Source: Thecamonas trahens ATCC 50062
Taxonomy: Eukaryota; Protista; Apusomonadida
DNA: 64,000 bases
Direction: 5' to 3'
Assembly (NCBI RefSeq): GCF_000142905.1
Contig: NW_013657653.1
Span: 352,392-416,391 of the forward strand
The stretch's first letter is position 1. Every line of letters begins with the position of its first letter. The notes beneath the pieces are model-generated. The model did not search any database. It had not been told where the DNA came from and saw only the letters and a list, made by a program, of their open reading frames with translations. Positions 42,501-51,630 of this stretch are shown here, piece after piece. The position numbers were made by a program, and so were the translations under genes.

Positions 42501-44647
42501 CCCTCAAGACACAGCTCGAGACTGAGAAGGAGGCAACTGCCACAGCGGCGGCCAAGATAGAGGCCCTTCAGTCGCAGCTGGAGACCGCCCAGAGTGCCGC
42601 GGCCGACACCGAGGCCGAGATCGAGGCCCTCAAGACACAGCTCGAGACTGAGAAGGAGGCAACTGCCACAACGACAGCCAAGATCGAGTCCCTTCAGTCG
42701 CAGCTGGAGACCGCCCAGAGTGCCGCGGCCGACACCGAGGCCGAGATCGAGGCCCTCAAGACACAGCTCGAGACTGAGAAGGAGGCAACTGCCGTCGCGG
42801 TTAACAAGGCCGAGAACATGCAGTCGCAGCTGGAGACCGCCCAGACTGCCGCGGCCGACACCGAGGCCGAGATCGAGGCCCTCAAGACACAGCTCGAGAC
42901 TGAGAAGGAGGCAACTGCCGTCGCGGTTAACAAGGCCGAGAACATGCAGTCGCAGCTGGAGACCGCCCAGACTGCCGCGGCCGACACCGAGGCCGAGATC
43001 GAGGCCCTCAAGACACAGCTCGAGACTGAGAAGGAGGCAACTGCCACAACGACAGCCAAGATCGAGTCCCTCCAGTCACAACTGGAGACCGCCCAGACTG
43101 CCGCGGCCGACACCTCCGGCGAGGCCCAGGATCTCCGTTCCCAGTTGGAAGCCGCCAAGTCAACTGCCGCCAGTACCGTTGCCGAGCTGCAGTCAAAGCT
43201 CGAGGAAGCCGAGGTCAAGATCGCCGGCACGTCGACCGCGTTCGAGTCTCTGTCGCATACCAAGGCCAGCCTCGCTGACGAGCTGGCGGCGACGCGCAAG
43301 AACCTCGACGCCCTCACTGCTGTCAACGAAACGATGGCAAGCAAGGTGGAGACGCTCACTTTAGAGCTGGACTCCAAGACAAGTGCTCTTGCCGCATCTT
43401 CAGCCTCGCACGACGCCACCGCAACCGAGCTCGCCGCACTCCGCAAAGAGCACGCTGGCCTCGAAAGCCGCCTTGAAGAGGTCATCTCCTCGCGGCAACG
43501 TATTGAGGACGCCCTTGCGGCCACTACCACGGATGCGGGTCAGGCGCAGTCCTTGCTCAAGGGCCAACTCGATGACGTTCTTGCGGAGCGCGACGAGCTT
43601 CGCGCTCAGGTTGTGGCTGCACAGGCCGAGTGCGAGAGGCTGCAGGGCGAGCTCAATGCTGCTGTGACGGCTGGCGATGCTGCCACTTGCTCACTCGCCA
43701 CTGCCACCTCTGAGCTGGCCAACGTGTCCACTCGCGCTGACCGGCTTACTGTTGAGCTTGCTGATGCCAATGCCCAGCTTGCCGAGGCAACAGCGCACGC
43801 CGACAGTCTAACTGCTTCTCTGGAGACTGTTTCAGCAGCCTGTGACGAGCTGGCTGCCGCCCACGATGCGCTGCAATCCTCGTCGACCAAGACTGCCGAG
43901 TTGCTCGCAGCTGCACAGACCGAGCTCGACACGCTTCGCTCTCTCGCACCCGCACTCGAGGCCGCCTCTGCTCGCTGCGACGAGCTGGAGGCCGCGAACA
44001 ACAGGCTTGCTGCCGACCTTGACAGCGCCAGGGCCGATCTTCATACATCAACGTCTCTGTCCGAGACGATGTCGGCCGAGCTGGAGGAGGCCAAGGCACA
44101 GCTGGCGACTGCGTCCGAGGCAGCCGAGCTGGTCGACGCGCTCAAGCGCGAGGTGGCTGACACCAAGGCTAAGGCCAAGATCGATGCTCGCAAGTCGCAA
44201 AACCTCATCAAGGATCTTCAAAGCCAGCTGAAGAGTGCAAATCCGGCGGCGGCATCGGCAGCGTCGGCTGTCGGAATCTCGGTCGAGGCACTGCAGGAGG
44301 AGAACACCAAGCTCCTCGACCGCATCGCCGCGCTCCAGACTGCCGGCTGGAAGCTCGAGGAGCAGCTCGACGATGCCAAGCGAGCACTTGCGGCGGCTCG
44401 ACAAGCGCAGCCGGCCCCTGCCGCGGCCTCGTCTGGCTCCAAGATGAAGTCGCTGCTCAACCGAGTCAAGGCTGTCGCGTCGACGCCATCGCCCGACGTC
44501 GAGGCGCTCAACTCGGCGCTATCGCAAGCCCACGAGCGCAACGCCATCCTTGAGGAGCAGATCGCGGCCATGGCTCACAAGCTCGAGCGGGTCCGCAAGC
44601 GAGAGGAGCGTCGCAAGAAGCTCCATCAGGCATACGCCGAGCCGTAG
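39516..44647 (+). CDS. GRIPAP1 (GRASP-1)-like long coiled-coil protein with internal tandem repeats; intron 39682..39778; frameshift near 39927; misassembled duplication near 41205-42545
   Basis: N-terminus LSVEEFGLLQTELI...KDLGKAQKVIAKSK resembles GRIPAP1 LSEEEFQRMQAQLL...EFSKAQKALSKSK. C-terminus IKDLQSQL, LLDRIAALQ and NAILEEQI resemble the GRIPAP1 C-terminus. Confidence 0.7.
40300..40990 (+). repeat. Imperfect ~180-bp coding repeats (EQAKAENADLMASLEKAQAEV...)
   Basis: Near-identical segments at 40621 and 40801, with related units on either side. Confidence 0.85.
41461..43110 (+). repeat. 126-bp (42-aa, six-heptad) coding tandem repeat
   Basis: The unit LETEKEATAVAVNKAENMQSQLETAQTAAADTEAEIEALKTQ recurs with a 126-nt period (e.g. 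41461, 41587, 41713). The array is interrupted at about 41850-42130. Confidence 0.95.
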
Positions 44648-44768
44648 CATGTCGGTACAGAGGTAAATGAAGATCAGCTACCAAGTATCCGCAGTTGTTG
44701 ACTGCGGGCCGCGGGACGGAGTGAGGGCGAGCGGGAGCGTAGCTCATTTGTCTCGAACACTCGTCAAC

Positions 44769-46004
44769 ATGGCAGCGAACAACACGAAGCACAAGCTGGT
44801 CATCCTCGGCGCCGGCTTTGGCGGCCTTACCGCGGCACGGGCAGTGGAGGAAGCCAGCGAGGAGGACGCAGCTCTGCTGGAGGCGGTCCTCGTCTCTGCG
44901 CCAGGCCCTGCTGTTGTGGGCGCCTTTGCGCCCATGGTCCTCAAGGGCAAGGTCAAGGCTGAGCAAGTGACGCGGACGGTGGCACCAGGCGGACTCAATC
45001 TTTCTCGGGTGGCACTGGTTCCGGACGTGGTGCAGAGCATCGATACCGAGAACAAGGTTGTGCGGACCAAGGCCGGTGAGATCAGTTACGATGATCTGGT
45101 TGTCTCTCTGGGTGTCGAGTACTACGACGCTGTGCCTGGCCTCAACGATGCCGCCTTCAACTTGTGCGACACCGCCGACATGGTTGCGCTCCGTGGAGCC
45201 CTGCTCCGTGCCGAGAGCGGGACGGTAGTGGTGGCGGTTGGGAGTCTGCCGTACAAGTGCCCGCCGCTGCCGTATGAAGCTGCGTTTGCCGTTGATGCCG
45301 TGCTGCGCGAGGCCGGCAAGCGCGACGCGTTCCGTGTGGTGGTGACGACGCCGATGGCCCAGGCTGTCCCGCCCTTTGCTCCGCATGTTTTCCAGGACAT
45401 GATGGCTGCCAAGGGCATCGAGTTCAAGACCAAGGCACAGCCGTCTGCTGTGGACGCCGTCAACAAGACGGTGACCTTTGACGACGGCGAGAGCCTCGAG
45501 TACACGCTCCTGGCGGCGACGCTGCCGCAGCGTGCCCCTGCGGTTGTGCGTGAGGCGATGCCAATCGACGACCCGCGTGGCTTTGTGGTGGTCGACCCCA
45601 AGAGCCTGCGGACGAGCGTGCCGCACGTTTACGTCATCGGAGACTCGGCGACGGTCAAGGTCAACTTTGCCAAGGCCGGGCTCAAGGTCCAGCCCAAGGC
45701 CGGCAAGTTTGCCATGGTCCAAGCCAAGACGGCAGTGCAAGCGGTGCTCGCCGACGCACGCGCAGCTGCAGCAGGCGAGTCGACGTCGTGGGACGCACCT
45801 GTGGTGTCGGTCACCGAGGGCGGGCAGTGCAACGTGGCTGCCGTCGACGGCGCAGGGCTGACCATTACTATGGACTTTTACGACAACGCCGACAAGCCCA
45901 AGGTCGGCATCAGCGAGCCGGACACTCAGCAACTGGCTGACAAGCTGCAATGGCTTCGCGATCTCGATGCTGAATGGTTCGGAGTCACCGAGCCGTCGTA
46001 CTGA
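44769..46004 (+). CDS. Sulfide:quinone oxidoreductase-like FAD-dependent oxidoreductase (prokaryotic type III-like)
   Basis: GAGFGG, YDDLVVSLG, PYKCPPLPYE (catalytic Cys motif), VYVIGD, PKAG and a second Cys in GGQCNV. Confidence 0.8.
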   Translation: MAANNTKHKLVILGAGFGGLTAARAVEEASEEDAALLEAVLVSAPGPAVVGAFAPMVLKGKVKAEQVTRTVAPGGLNLSRVALVPDVVQSIDTENKVVRTKAGEISYDDLVVSLGVEYYDAVPGLNDAAFNLCDTADMVALRGALLRAESGTVVVAVGSLPYKCPPLPYEAAFAVDAVLREAGKRDAFRVVVTTPMAQAVPPFAPHVFQDMMAAKGIEFKTKAQPSAVDAVNKTVTFDDGESLEYTLLAATLPQRAPAVVREAMPIDDPRGFVVVDPKSLRTSVPHVYVIGDSATVKVNFAKAGLKVQPKAGKFAMVQAKTAVQAVLADARAAAAGESTSWDAPVVSVTEGGQCNVAAVDGAGLTITMDFYDNADKPKVGISEPDTQQLADKLQWLRDLDAEWFGVTEPSY

Positions 46005-46022
46005 CATGACACCCTTCGCAGG

Positions 46023-47269
46023 CTAGAGCGACGACGAGTAGCCCGAGAGGTCGACACCAGCCTCAACGGCCATAGTGACAAAGCCCTTGAACTCGACGCG
46101 ATCGAGCTCGCCGTTGCCGTCAGTGTCGATCTGGGCAAAGAACTCGTTGAACTCGTCCTCGGTAAATCGCGGAACCGAGGCCTTGTCGCACACGCGGTCG
46201 GCAGCCATGCGCGTCTGCTCCTTCGACAGCTTGCCGGACTTGTCAGTGTCGTACTTGCGGAACGCGGCCTTGGTCACGCGCTTGAGCTCGGCCTCGTCGT
46301 CGAGCAGGTTCTTGCGGTTCTGTGCAATCTCGGACGAGTCGGACGTGAGCGACGGCGGCGGAGTGGTGTGACCCTTGCGCGAGCCCTTGCCCCCGCGACC
46401 GCGGCCGCGCGACTTTGAGCGCGAGCGCGAGCGCGAGCCGCGGCTGGACTTGGGCTCGTGGCGGCCCTTGCGCGAGTGCCGGCCAGTCTCACGAGCGTGG
46501 CGTCCGCCGCGCCCGCTGCCCTTGCGCGAGTTGCGCCCGCGGCGGCCAGAAATGGCACCAGAGGTACGCGCGCCGCGGCGGCCGCGGCTGCGTCCTGACT
46601 CCGAGTCGTACTCCGAGTCGTACTCGGAGGAATCGTCACGGCGATCACGCGCCCGCCTACGGGAGCGCATGAAGCAGAACACGAGAGTGAAGCCAATGAT
46701 GCCGAAAACAATGACGGAAATGACAGCTCCCGAGATGGCACCAACATTGATGTCGCTGCCTTGGCATGTCTCGACCGTGCCGGAGCAGGACGCCGTCGAC
46801 GTGACGCAGCGACCGGATGATCTGCAGAACTGGCAATCAGATTTGGTGCATTCTTCGCACGTCGCAAGCTCACCAGTACGCGAGCATGCCAGTGCCATGC
46901 TCACTGCAGGTTGTCACAGCCAGAGTATTGGAGCAGCAGCGGGAGGAGGGCGTGGCCCGATCCGTCGGCGACAGGTTATCGAGGAGGTTGGGGCAGCAGG
47001 CGATAGCCATGTTCACAGCCATCGTATGATCCACCGCATGACAGCATGACGGCGTGACAGCATGACAGCACGACAGCATGGCAGCACGTGACAAGTAGCA
47101 TCAGTTCCCATCAAGTGAGTGTGGTCATGGGTGTGGTGGCGGGAGGCGGGAGGTGGGGAAGGTGGGAGACGGAAGGCGGAAGGCGGGAGAGGGGGGGGGT
47201 GACACAGGTAAGTACCGTACACAGCATGGTGCATACAATGGCGACATACGCCAGAGTCTTGGTCGACAT
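46023..47269 (-). CDS. Type I membrane protein: signal peptide, PSI-like Cys-rich ectodomain, TM, RS-rich linker, two EF-hands; complement(join(46023..46903,47221..47269))
   Basis: Splicing gives the signal peptide MSTKTLAYVAIVCTMLLSMALA. Ectodomain CEEC...CQFC...C...C...C. TM segment. EF loops DTDKSGKLSKEQ and DTDGNGELDRVE. Confidence 0.82.
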
Positions 47270-47518
47270 GGGTTGTGTGCGAGAAGTGTGGTGTTGGTGG
47301 TGCTGGTGGTGCTGGTGGTACTGGTGGTGGGCAAGTGGCGTTGTCGGCGTGGGCTGACTCATACTGAGAACCGTCGCGGAAAAGCCATCCGATTGTTCGG
47401 GACGATGGAGGTCCGTGCGGGCGACACCGCGTGATAATGCGAATGGATATGCTTTAGAGGCCATGCTATGCCAGTGTCGACTTGCGATACTGACATCGCG
47501 GCAATCATGGCAAACTGG

Positions 47519-47670
47519 CAGAGCGAGGACGACGTGTAGTCTGAGATGTCGACGCCAGCCTCGTTGGCCATGGCGACAAAGTGCCGAAAATAGGCAGGCA
47601 CGAAAGAAATGCAGAGGGTTTTCAGAGAACGGCGGAAAGGCCAGGCGCGAGGCTGCCGATAGCTGTACAG
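47519..47670 (-). pseudogene. Degenerate fragment paralogous to the 3' end of the adjacent EF-hand membrane protein gene
   Basis: FRHFVAMANEAGVDISDYTSSSL resembles FKGFVTMAVEAGVDLSGYSSSL*. LAFPPFSE, in another frame, resembles ASVPRFTE. Confidence 0.6.
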
Positions 47671-47699
47671 GCACTGCGCGCAGCCGATAGCAGTGCATG

Positions 47700-49184
47700 C
47701 TAGGCCACCGTCGGATCCGAGGCTGCCGGAGTGTCACTGGTGGTTGCCGATGGCGGCTTGAACTTGGTCCACAGCGGATACCGGGTCAGCCAGGTGGCAA
47801 ACTGCGGAACGACGGAGCACTGATTGAGGATGTACGCTTCGTTGGCAGAAGTGCGAGGCGGGCCGGAAACTGGGATGGGGTGGACTGGGACTCGCGGCTC
47901 GACGCGGAGAAAGAACGGCATCGAGACGCGATCAGCCGACGCGGCGCACGACTCGACGCGATGGAGCGACGCCGCGAGTGTACCGTTGGTCAGCCACGCA
48001 CCGTAGTAGCCCGGGAAGACGACAGCATAGCGAGCGTGATCTGCTGCGGGCGGATGCAGCGCCTCGACATTGGCCCACCGTCCTGTTGCGCGGTCGACGA
48101 CCTGCAGCTCGGCAACGGCAGATACCGGCGCGACGGTGAGCAGCGTCGAGTCGCCGTGCTCGATGCAGCGGGCGTCGCCACGGGTAAAGGCAAACATCTC
48201 CGGGTCCCACAGGTCGTCGTCAGACGAGCCATCTTCGGCACGCTCGTTGTCAAACGGCACGCCTTGGTAGTACTTCAGAAGCCGCAGGGTGGTGCGGAAG
48301 CCATAGACCTCGTCGACAACCGGTGGGACGTGGACGAGAGCGTCGAGTCGGTCTTCGTCGAGGCCGGTAGCAGAGCCGACGCCACCGAGGCACTCGCGCG
48401 CAAGAGCCTTGAGGCGCGTCAGTGCGCCCTCGATTGTCTCGCGAAAGTCAGTGCCAAGCGACCGCGGCCACGGATCGCGCTGGACGCCAAGCACGTCCGA
48501 CTCGTCCGAGTCCGAGCCGGAGCTCGAGACCGAGCCGGCGCTCGACGAGGCAAAGTCGGAGCCGTCGAGCTCGACAAACCGCTCCTGGACATTATACACT
48601 TCGCGGCCGCGGTTGATGAACCCGTAGCCTTCGATCATCTCGTCGCGGGCACACTTGAACTTTTCCCTCAGTGGGAGGCTGAAGAAGGCGTCGGCAGCAG
48701 CGGCAGCGTTGCGCATGACGTCGGCAAACTCGTCATCGAGCTCGATGAGTGCAAATCCCCTCGCCATCATGGCGTCCAGCACACGTTGCTCCCATCCTGC
48801 GACCCCATGCGTTATCGAAGAGCGCACAGCGGCATCCTGGCGTGCTCCAGGAAGGACGATCCTCAGCGCAAGGTCGACGCCGCTGCGGCCGCAAGGAGCG
48901 GGCCGAGTCGCTGCGGCTATGCTCTCGGCGTAACGACCCAGTAGCGAGAGCGGATAGACAATGGGGTAGGCCACCTTGTCTGTAAAGCCAGCGATGGAAG
49001 ATCCGCTGTCTACCCCGTCGATCATGCCTAGCAGCAGCTCTTCTAGTGCTGCGTCGAGAATGTTGTCGTCGGCGGCAGACTCGGCTGCTTCGGCGATGAC
49101 CGACATGGGTACCACAAGTGTAGCGTCTGCGGGGGTGGAGACCGACGTGGCGACGTATGCGAGGGAGAAGGTGATAGTGGCCAT
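47700..49184 (-). CDS. 2-oxoglutarate/Fe(II)-dependent dioxygenase (IPNS/DIOX family) with N-terminal extension
   Basis: GFALI...AFFSLPLREK (DIOX_N), LRLLKY, HGDSTLLT (HxD), LHRV and RVSMPFF (RxS). The start codon is uncertain. Confidence 0.88.
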   Translation of the reverse strand: MATITFSLAYVATSVSTPADATLVVPMSVIAEAAESAADDNILDAALEELLLGMIDGVDSGSSIAGFTDKVAYPIVYPLSLLGRYAESIAAATRPAPCGRSGVDLALRIVLPGARQDAAVRSSITHGVAGWEQRVLDAMMARGFALIELDDEFADVMRNAAAAADAFFSLPLREKFKCARDEMIEGYGFINRGREVYNVQERFVELDGSDFASSSAGSVSSSGSDSDESDVLGVQRDPWPRSLGTDFRETIEGALTRLKALARECLGGVGSATGLDEDRLDALVHVPPVVDEVYGFRTTLRLLKYYQGVPFDNERAEDGSSDDDLWDPEMFAFTRGDARCIEHGDSTLLTVAPVSAVAELQVVDRATGRWANVEALHPPAADHARYAVVFPGYYGAWLTNGTLAASLHRVESCAASADRVSMPFFLRVEPRVPVHPIPVSGPPRTSANEAYILNQCSVVPQFATWLTRYPLWTKFKPPSATTSDTPAASDPTVA

Positions 49185-49699
49185 GGTCCCTGAGGGGGTG
49201 AAGTGGTACAGGGGAGAGACCAGAGGCTCCTCGGCGTGGGTGTGAGAGGCCACGGTACATGAGGGCCATCCGCCTGCCTACGCGCGGGCATTCGCCAGGG
49301 CATGCATGGTCGAGCTCGGCAGACGATACCAAGCAACGTACGCCACGCACACTCCCATGCACCATACTTGACCACGATCTACAACCGATGGATACTGTTC
49401 GACGATGATCCCCCCCCCCCGCCACCCCCTCTTGCATGCTAGCATGCGGGATCCTGCCCATGGCCTTTGTGGCATCCGTCCTCAGTCCGCCATCACATCC
49501 ACCACACCACAAGTGCAACCACCTTGGCCATTACCTCTTACTCTCCTTATATCATCCGATCCCCCCCCCCCCCTCTCCCGCTGCGGTGTGCGGTATGTAT
49601 CGCTCAGATCTCGGCCGGCTCACCACACATGCTCTCCCACCGACAGCTATAGACACAGCCACACAGCCGCACACCACCACTCTACCACCAACGTCGGCC

Positions 49700-50929
49700 A
49701 TGCATGGGGAGAACAGTCGACTCTCAACGTCGTGGGTGACGACAACACAGTGCGTGCTGTTCTTCTACCTCGCCTCGTCGGCCATCACGCTGTACAACAA
49801 GTACCTGCTGTCGTATGCTGGCGTGCCCTTCCCGCTCACTATGCTCCTCTTCCATCAGGCGGGGGTGTATGGCTTTGCAAGGGCCTTCTCCACTATTACC
49901 AAGAGAGAATGGCCTCAGTTCTCATCGTACTCTGTGTATGCCAAGCAAGTGCTTCCGGTAGGCTTGGCCATGTCCATCGATCTTGGCGCCACCAATGCCG
50001 CCTACCTCTTTGTCACCGTCTCCTTTGGCCAGCTGGTCAAGACTCAGGTCGCCGCATGGATCGTTGGCCTCTCCTTTGCTTTGGGTCTCGTCAAGCCGTC
50101 GTTTCTGGTGGCGGCATCGTGTGCGCTGGTTGTGTGTGGCATCGCTGTCTCGGCCTGGGCTGATACCACCTTTTCGTTTCTTGGCTTTGTCCTCCTCTGC
50201 GTCGCCTCGCTCGCCGCCGCCATCAAGCTGCTCCTCTTCCAGGTCCTCTACCAAAAGACTCTCAAGGACGCGCATCCTGTCCAGCTGATGGGCGTCATTG
50301 CGCCGTCGGTCTTTGTCTTTCTCTTTGTTCCGGCCATGGCAATGGAGCTGCCCACCATTCTCGCGCTCTCGCTGGAGAGTCTGGCCACAGCACTCGCCCT
50401 CGTCTCGCTCGGCGTCTGCTTTGCCTTTATGCTCATTCTCTCCGAGATTCTGCTGATCGGCAAGACGAACGCCATCACAGCGCAGATTGCGGGCTCGTTC
50501 AAGATTGTAGTGGTGACTGCGGCGGCGGTGGTCATCTTCCGCGACCCGCTCAACGCGCGGGTGGCGGTCGGCATGACCATCGCCTTTCTCGGCGCGCTCC
50601 TCTACTCGTACACCCGCATCCGCGACAAGCAGCGTGCCGAGGCTGCGCGCGTAGCCGCCTCGGGCTACGCACAGCTCGACGGGTCCGATCCGCTGCTGGA
50701 CGGCCCGCTCGGCGCGCCGCTCCCGGTCGCTGCTGGTTCCGGCGCCAGCAGCGGCTCGGACGATTTTCTTGTCGACGTCGAGCTCGACATCCTCGGCGCC
50801 CGCTCCGACCCAGACGCCGATGCCCAGGCAATGCTCCTCGCGCCTGCGCCGCCACCGCGCCTTACCTCGGCCGCCACGCCACCGCCCATCGATGGTTCGT
50901 CGTCGTCCGAGGTCTCCATCTCGTTGTGA
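49700..50929 (+). CDS. Triose-phosphate/nucleotide-sugar transporter (SLC35C2/E-like)
   Basis: ITLYNKYLL...FPLTM..FHQ, VSFGQLVK, TNAITAQIAGSFK and about 10 TM helices. The start codon is uncertain. Confidence 0.88.
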   Translation: MHGENSRLSTSWVTTTQCVLFFYLASSAITLYNKYLLSYAGVPFPLTMLLFHQAGVYGFARAFSTITKREWPQFSSYSVYAKQVLPVGLAMSIDLGATNAAYLFVTVSFGQLVKTQVAAWIVGLSFALGLVKPSFLVAASCALVVCGIAVSAWADTTFSFLGFVLLCVASLAAAIKLLLFQVLYQKTLKDAHPVQLMGVIAPSVFVFLFVPAMAMELPTILALSLESLATALALVSLGVCFAFMLILSEILLIGKTNAITAQIAGSFKIVVVTAAAVVIFRDPLNARVAVGMTIAFLGALLYSYTRIRDKQRAEAARVAASGYAQLDGSDPLLDGPLGAPLPVAAGSGASSGSDDFLVDVELDILGARSDPDADAQAMLLAPAPPPRLTSAATPPPIDGSSSSEVSISL

Positions 50930-50952
50930 CAGCAGCATAAAGTAAGGTACCA

Positions 50953-51201
50953 TCACGCAGGCACATTCTTCTTGGCCTTGTCACCATGCTTGGCCATGCA
51001 TGCAAAGTAGGCATCGATGACATCGGTACACGCCTCCTGATCGTAGTCCTTCTCGGCCAGGCAGGTCTGGATGGCACACGCCTTGGACTTGCACGCCACC
51101 TCGCCGGGCCGAGTATTGACCCGGGCCTCTTTGCCGCAAGCCTTCCCGCCTTCTCCAGCCTGCTCATATCGTGCGTCCTGACTCGACGTCGTGTTGCCCA
51201 T
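50953..51201 (-). CDS. CMC4: Twin CX9C mitochondrial IMS protein (CMC4/MTCP1NB-like)
   Basis: CKSKACAIQTCLAEKDYDQEACTDVIDAYFAC resembles CMC4 CQKQACEIQKCLQANSYMESKC. Confidence 0.75.
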   Translation of the reverse strand: MGNTTSSQDARYEQAGEGGKACGKEARVNTRPGEVACKSKACAIQTCLAEKDYDQEACTDVIDAYFACMAKHGDKAKKNVPA

Positions 51202-51630
51202 CTCTGTCCCCTGGTCGAGTTGCGGCAGAGTGGCGTGGAGTCCGACGTGTGCCGGGCGAGTCGGGCGAGTCGGGCGAGTCGCGATCGGCTTTGCCCGGCC
51301 TGGCAGTCTGGCGGCCCAGTCGCCCGCCAATGCCACTGCCGCCATCGCCGCCATCGCCGCCGTCGCCACCATCGCCACCATCGCCACCATCGCCACCATC
51401 GCCTCCCGCTCTCATCCAAGATATGGGCCACATCCTCCCCATTCCCATTCCTATCCTCATCAGTCACCCCTCCCCCCCCCCCCCCCCCCCCCCCCGCCCC
51501 TGACTTGGGTCACGCTGTCACCGACTTTGGCCACTGTCAGAAGAGCCCATCCCGGCGCCTCGAGTATGTCTCACTGCCACCGCTCCCGCAGACAGCCACA
51601 CTCGACTTACAATAGAGGACAGAGACATCC

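Noticed and set aside
41461-43110. 126-bp array as a mobile element or CRISPR
   Set aside because: It is an in-frame coding repeat with heptad periodicity, and has no terminal repeats, spacers or transposase.
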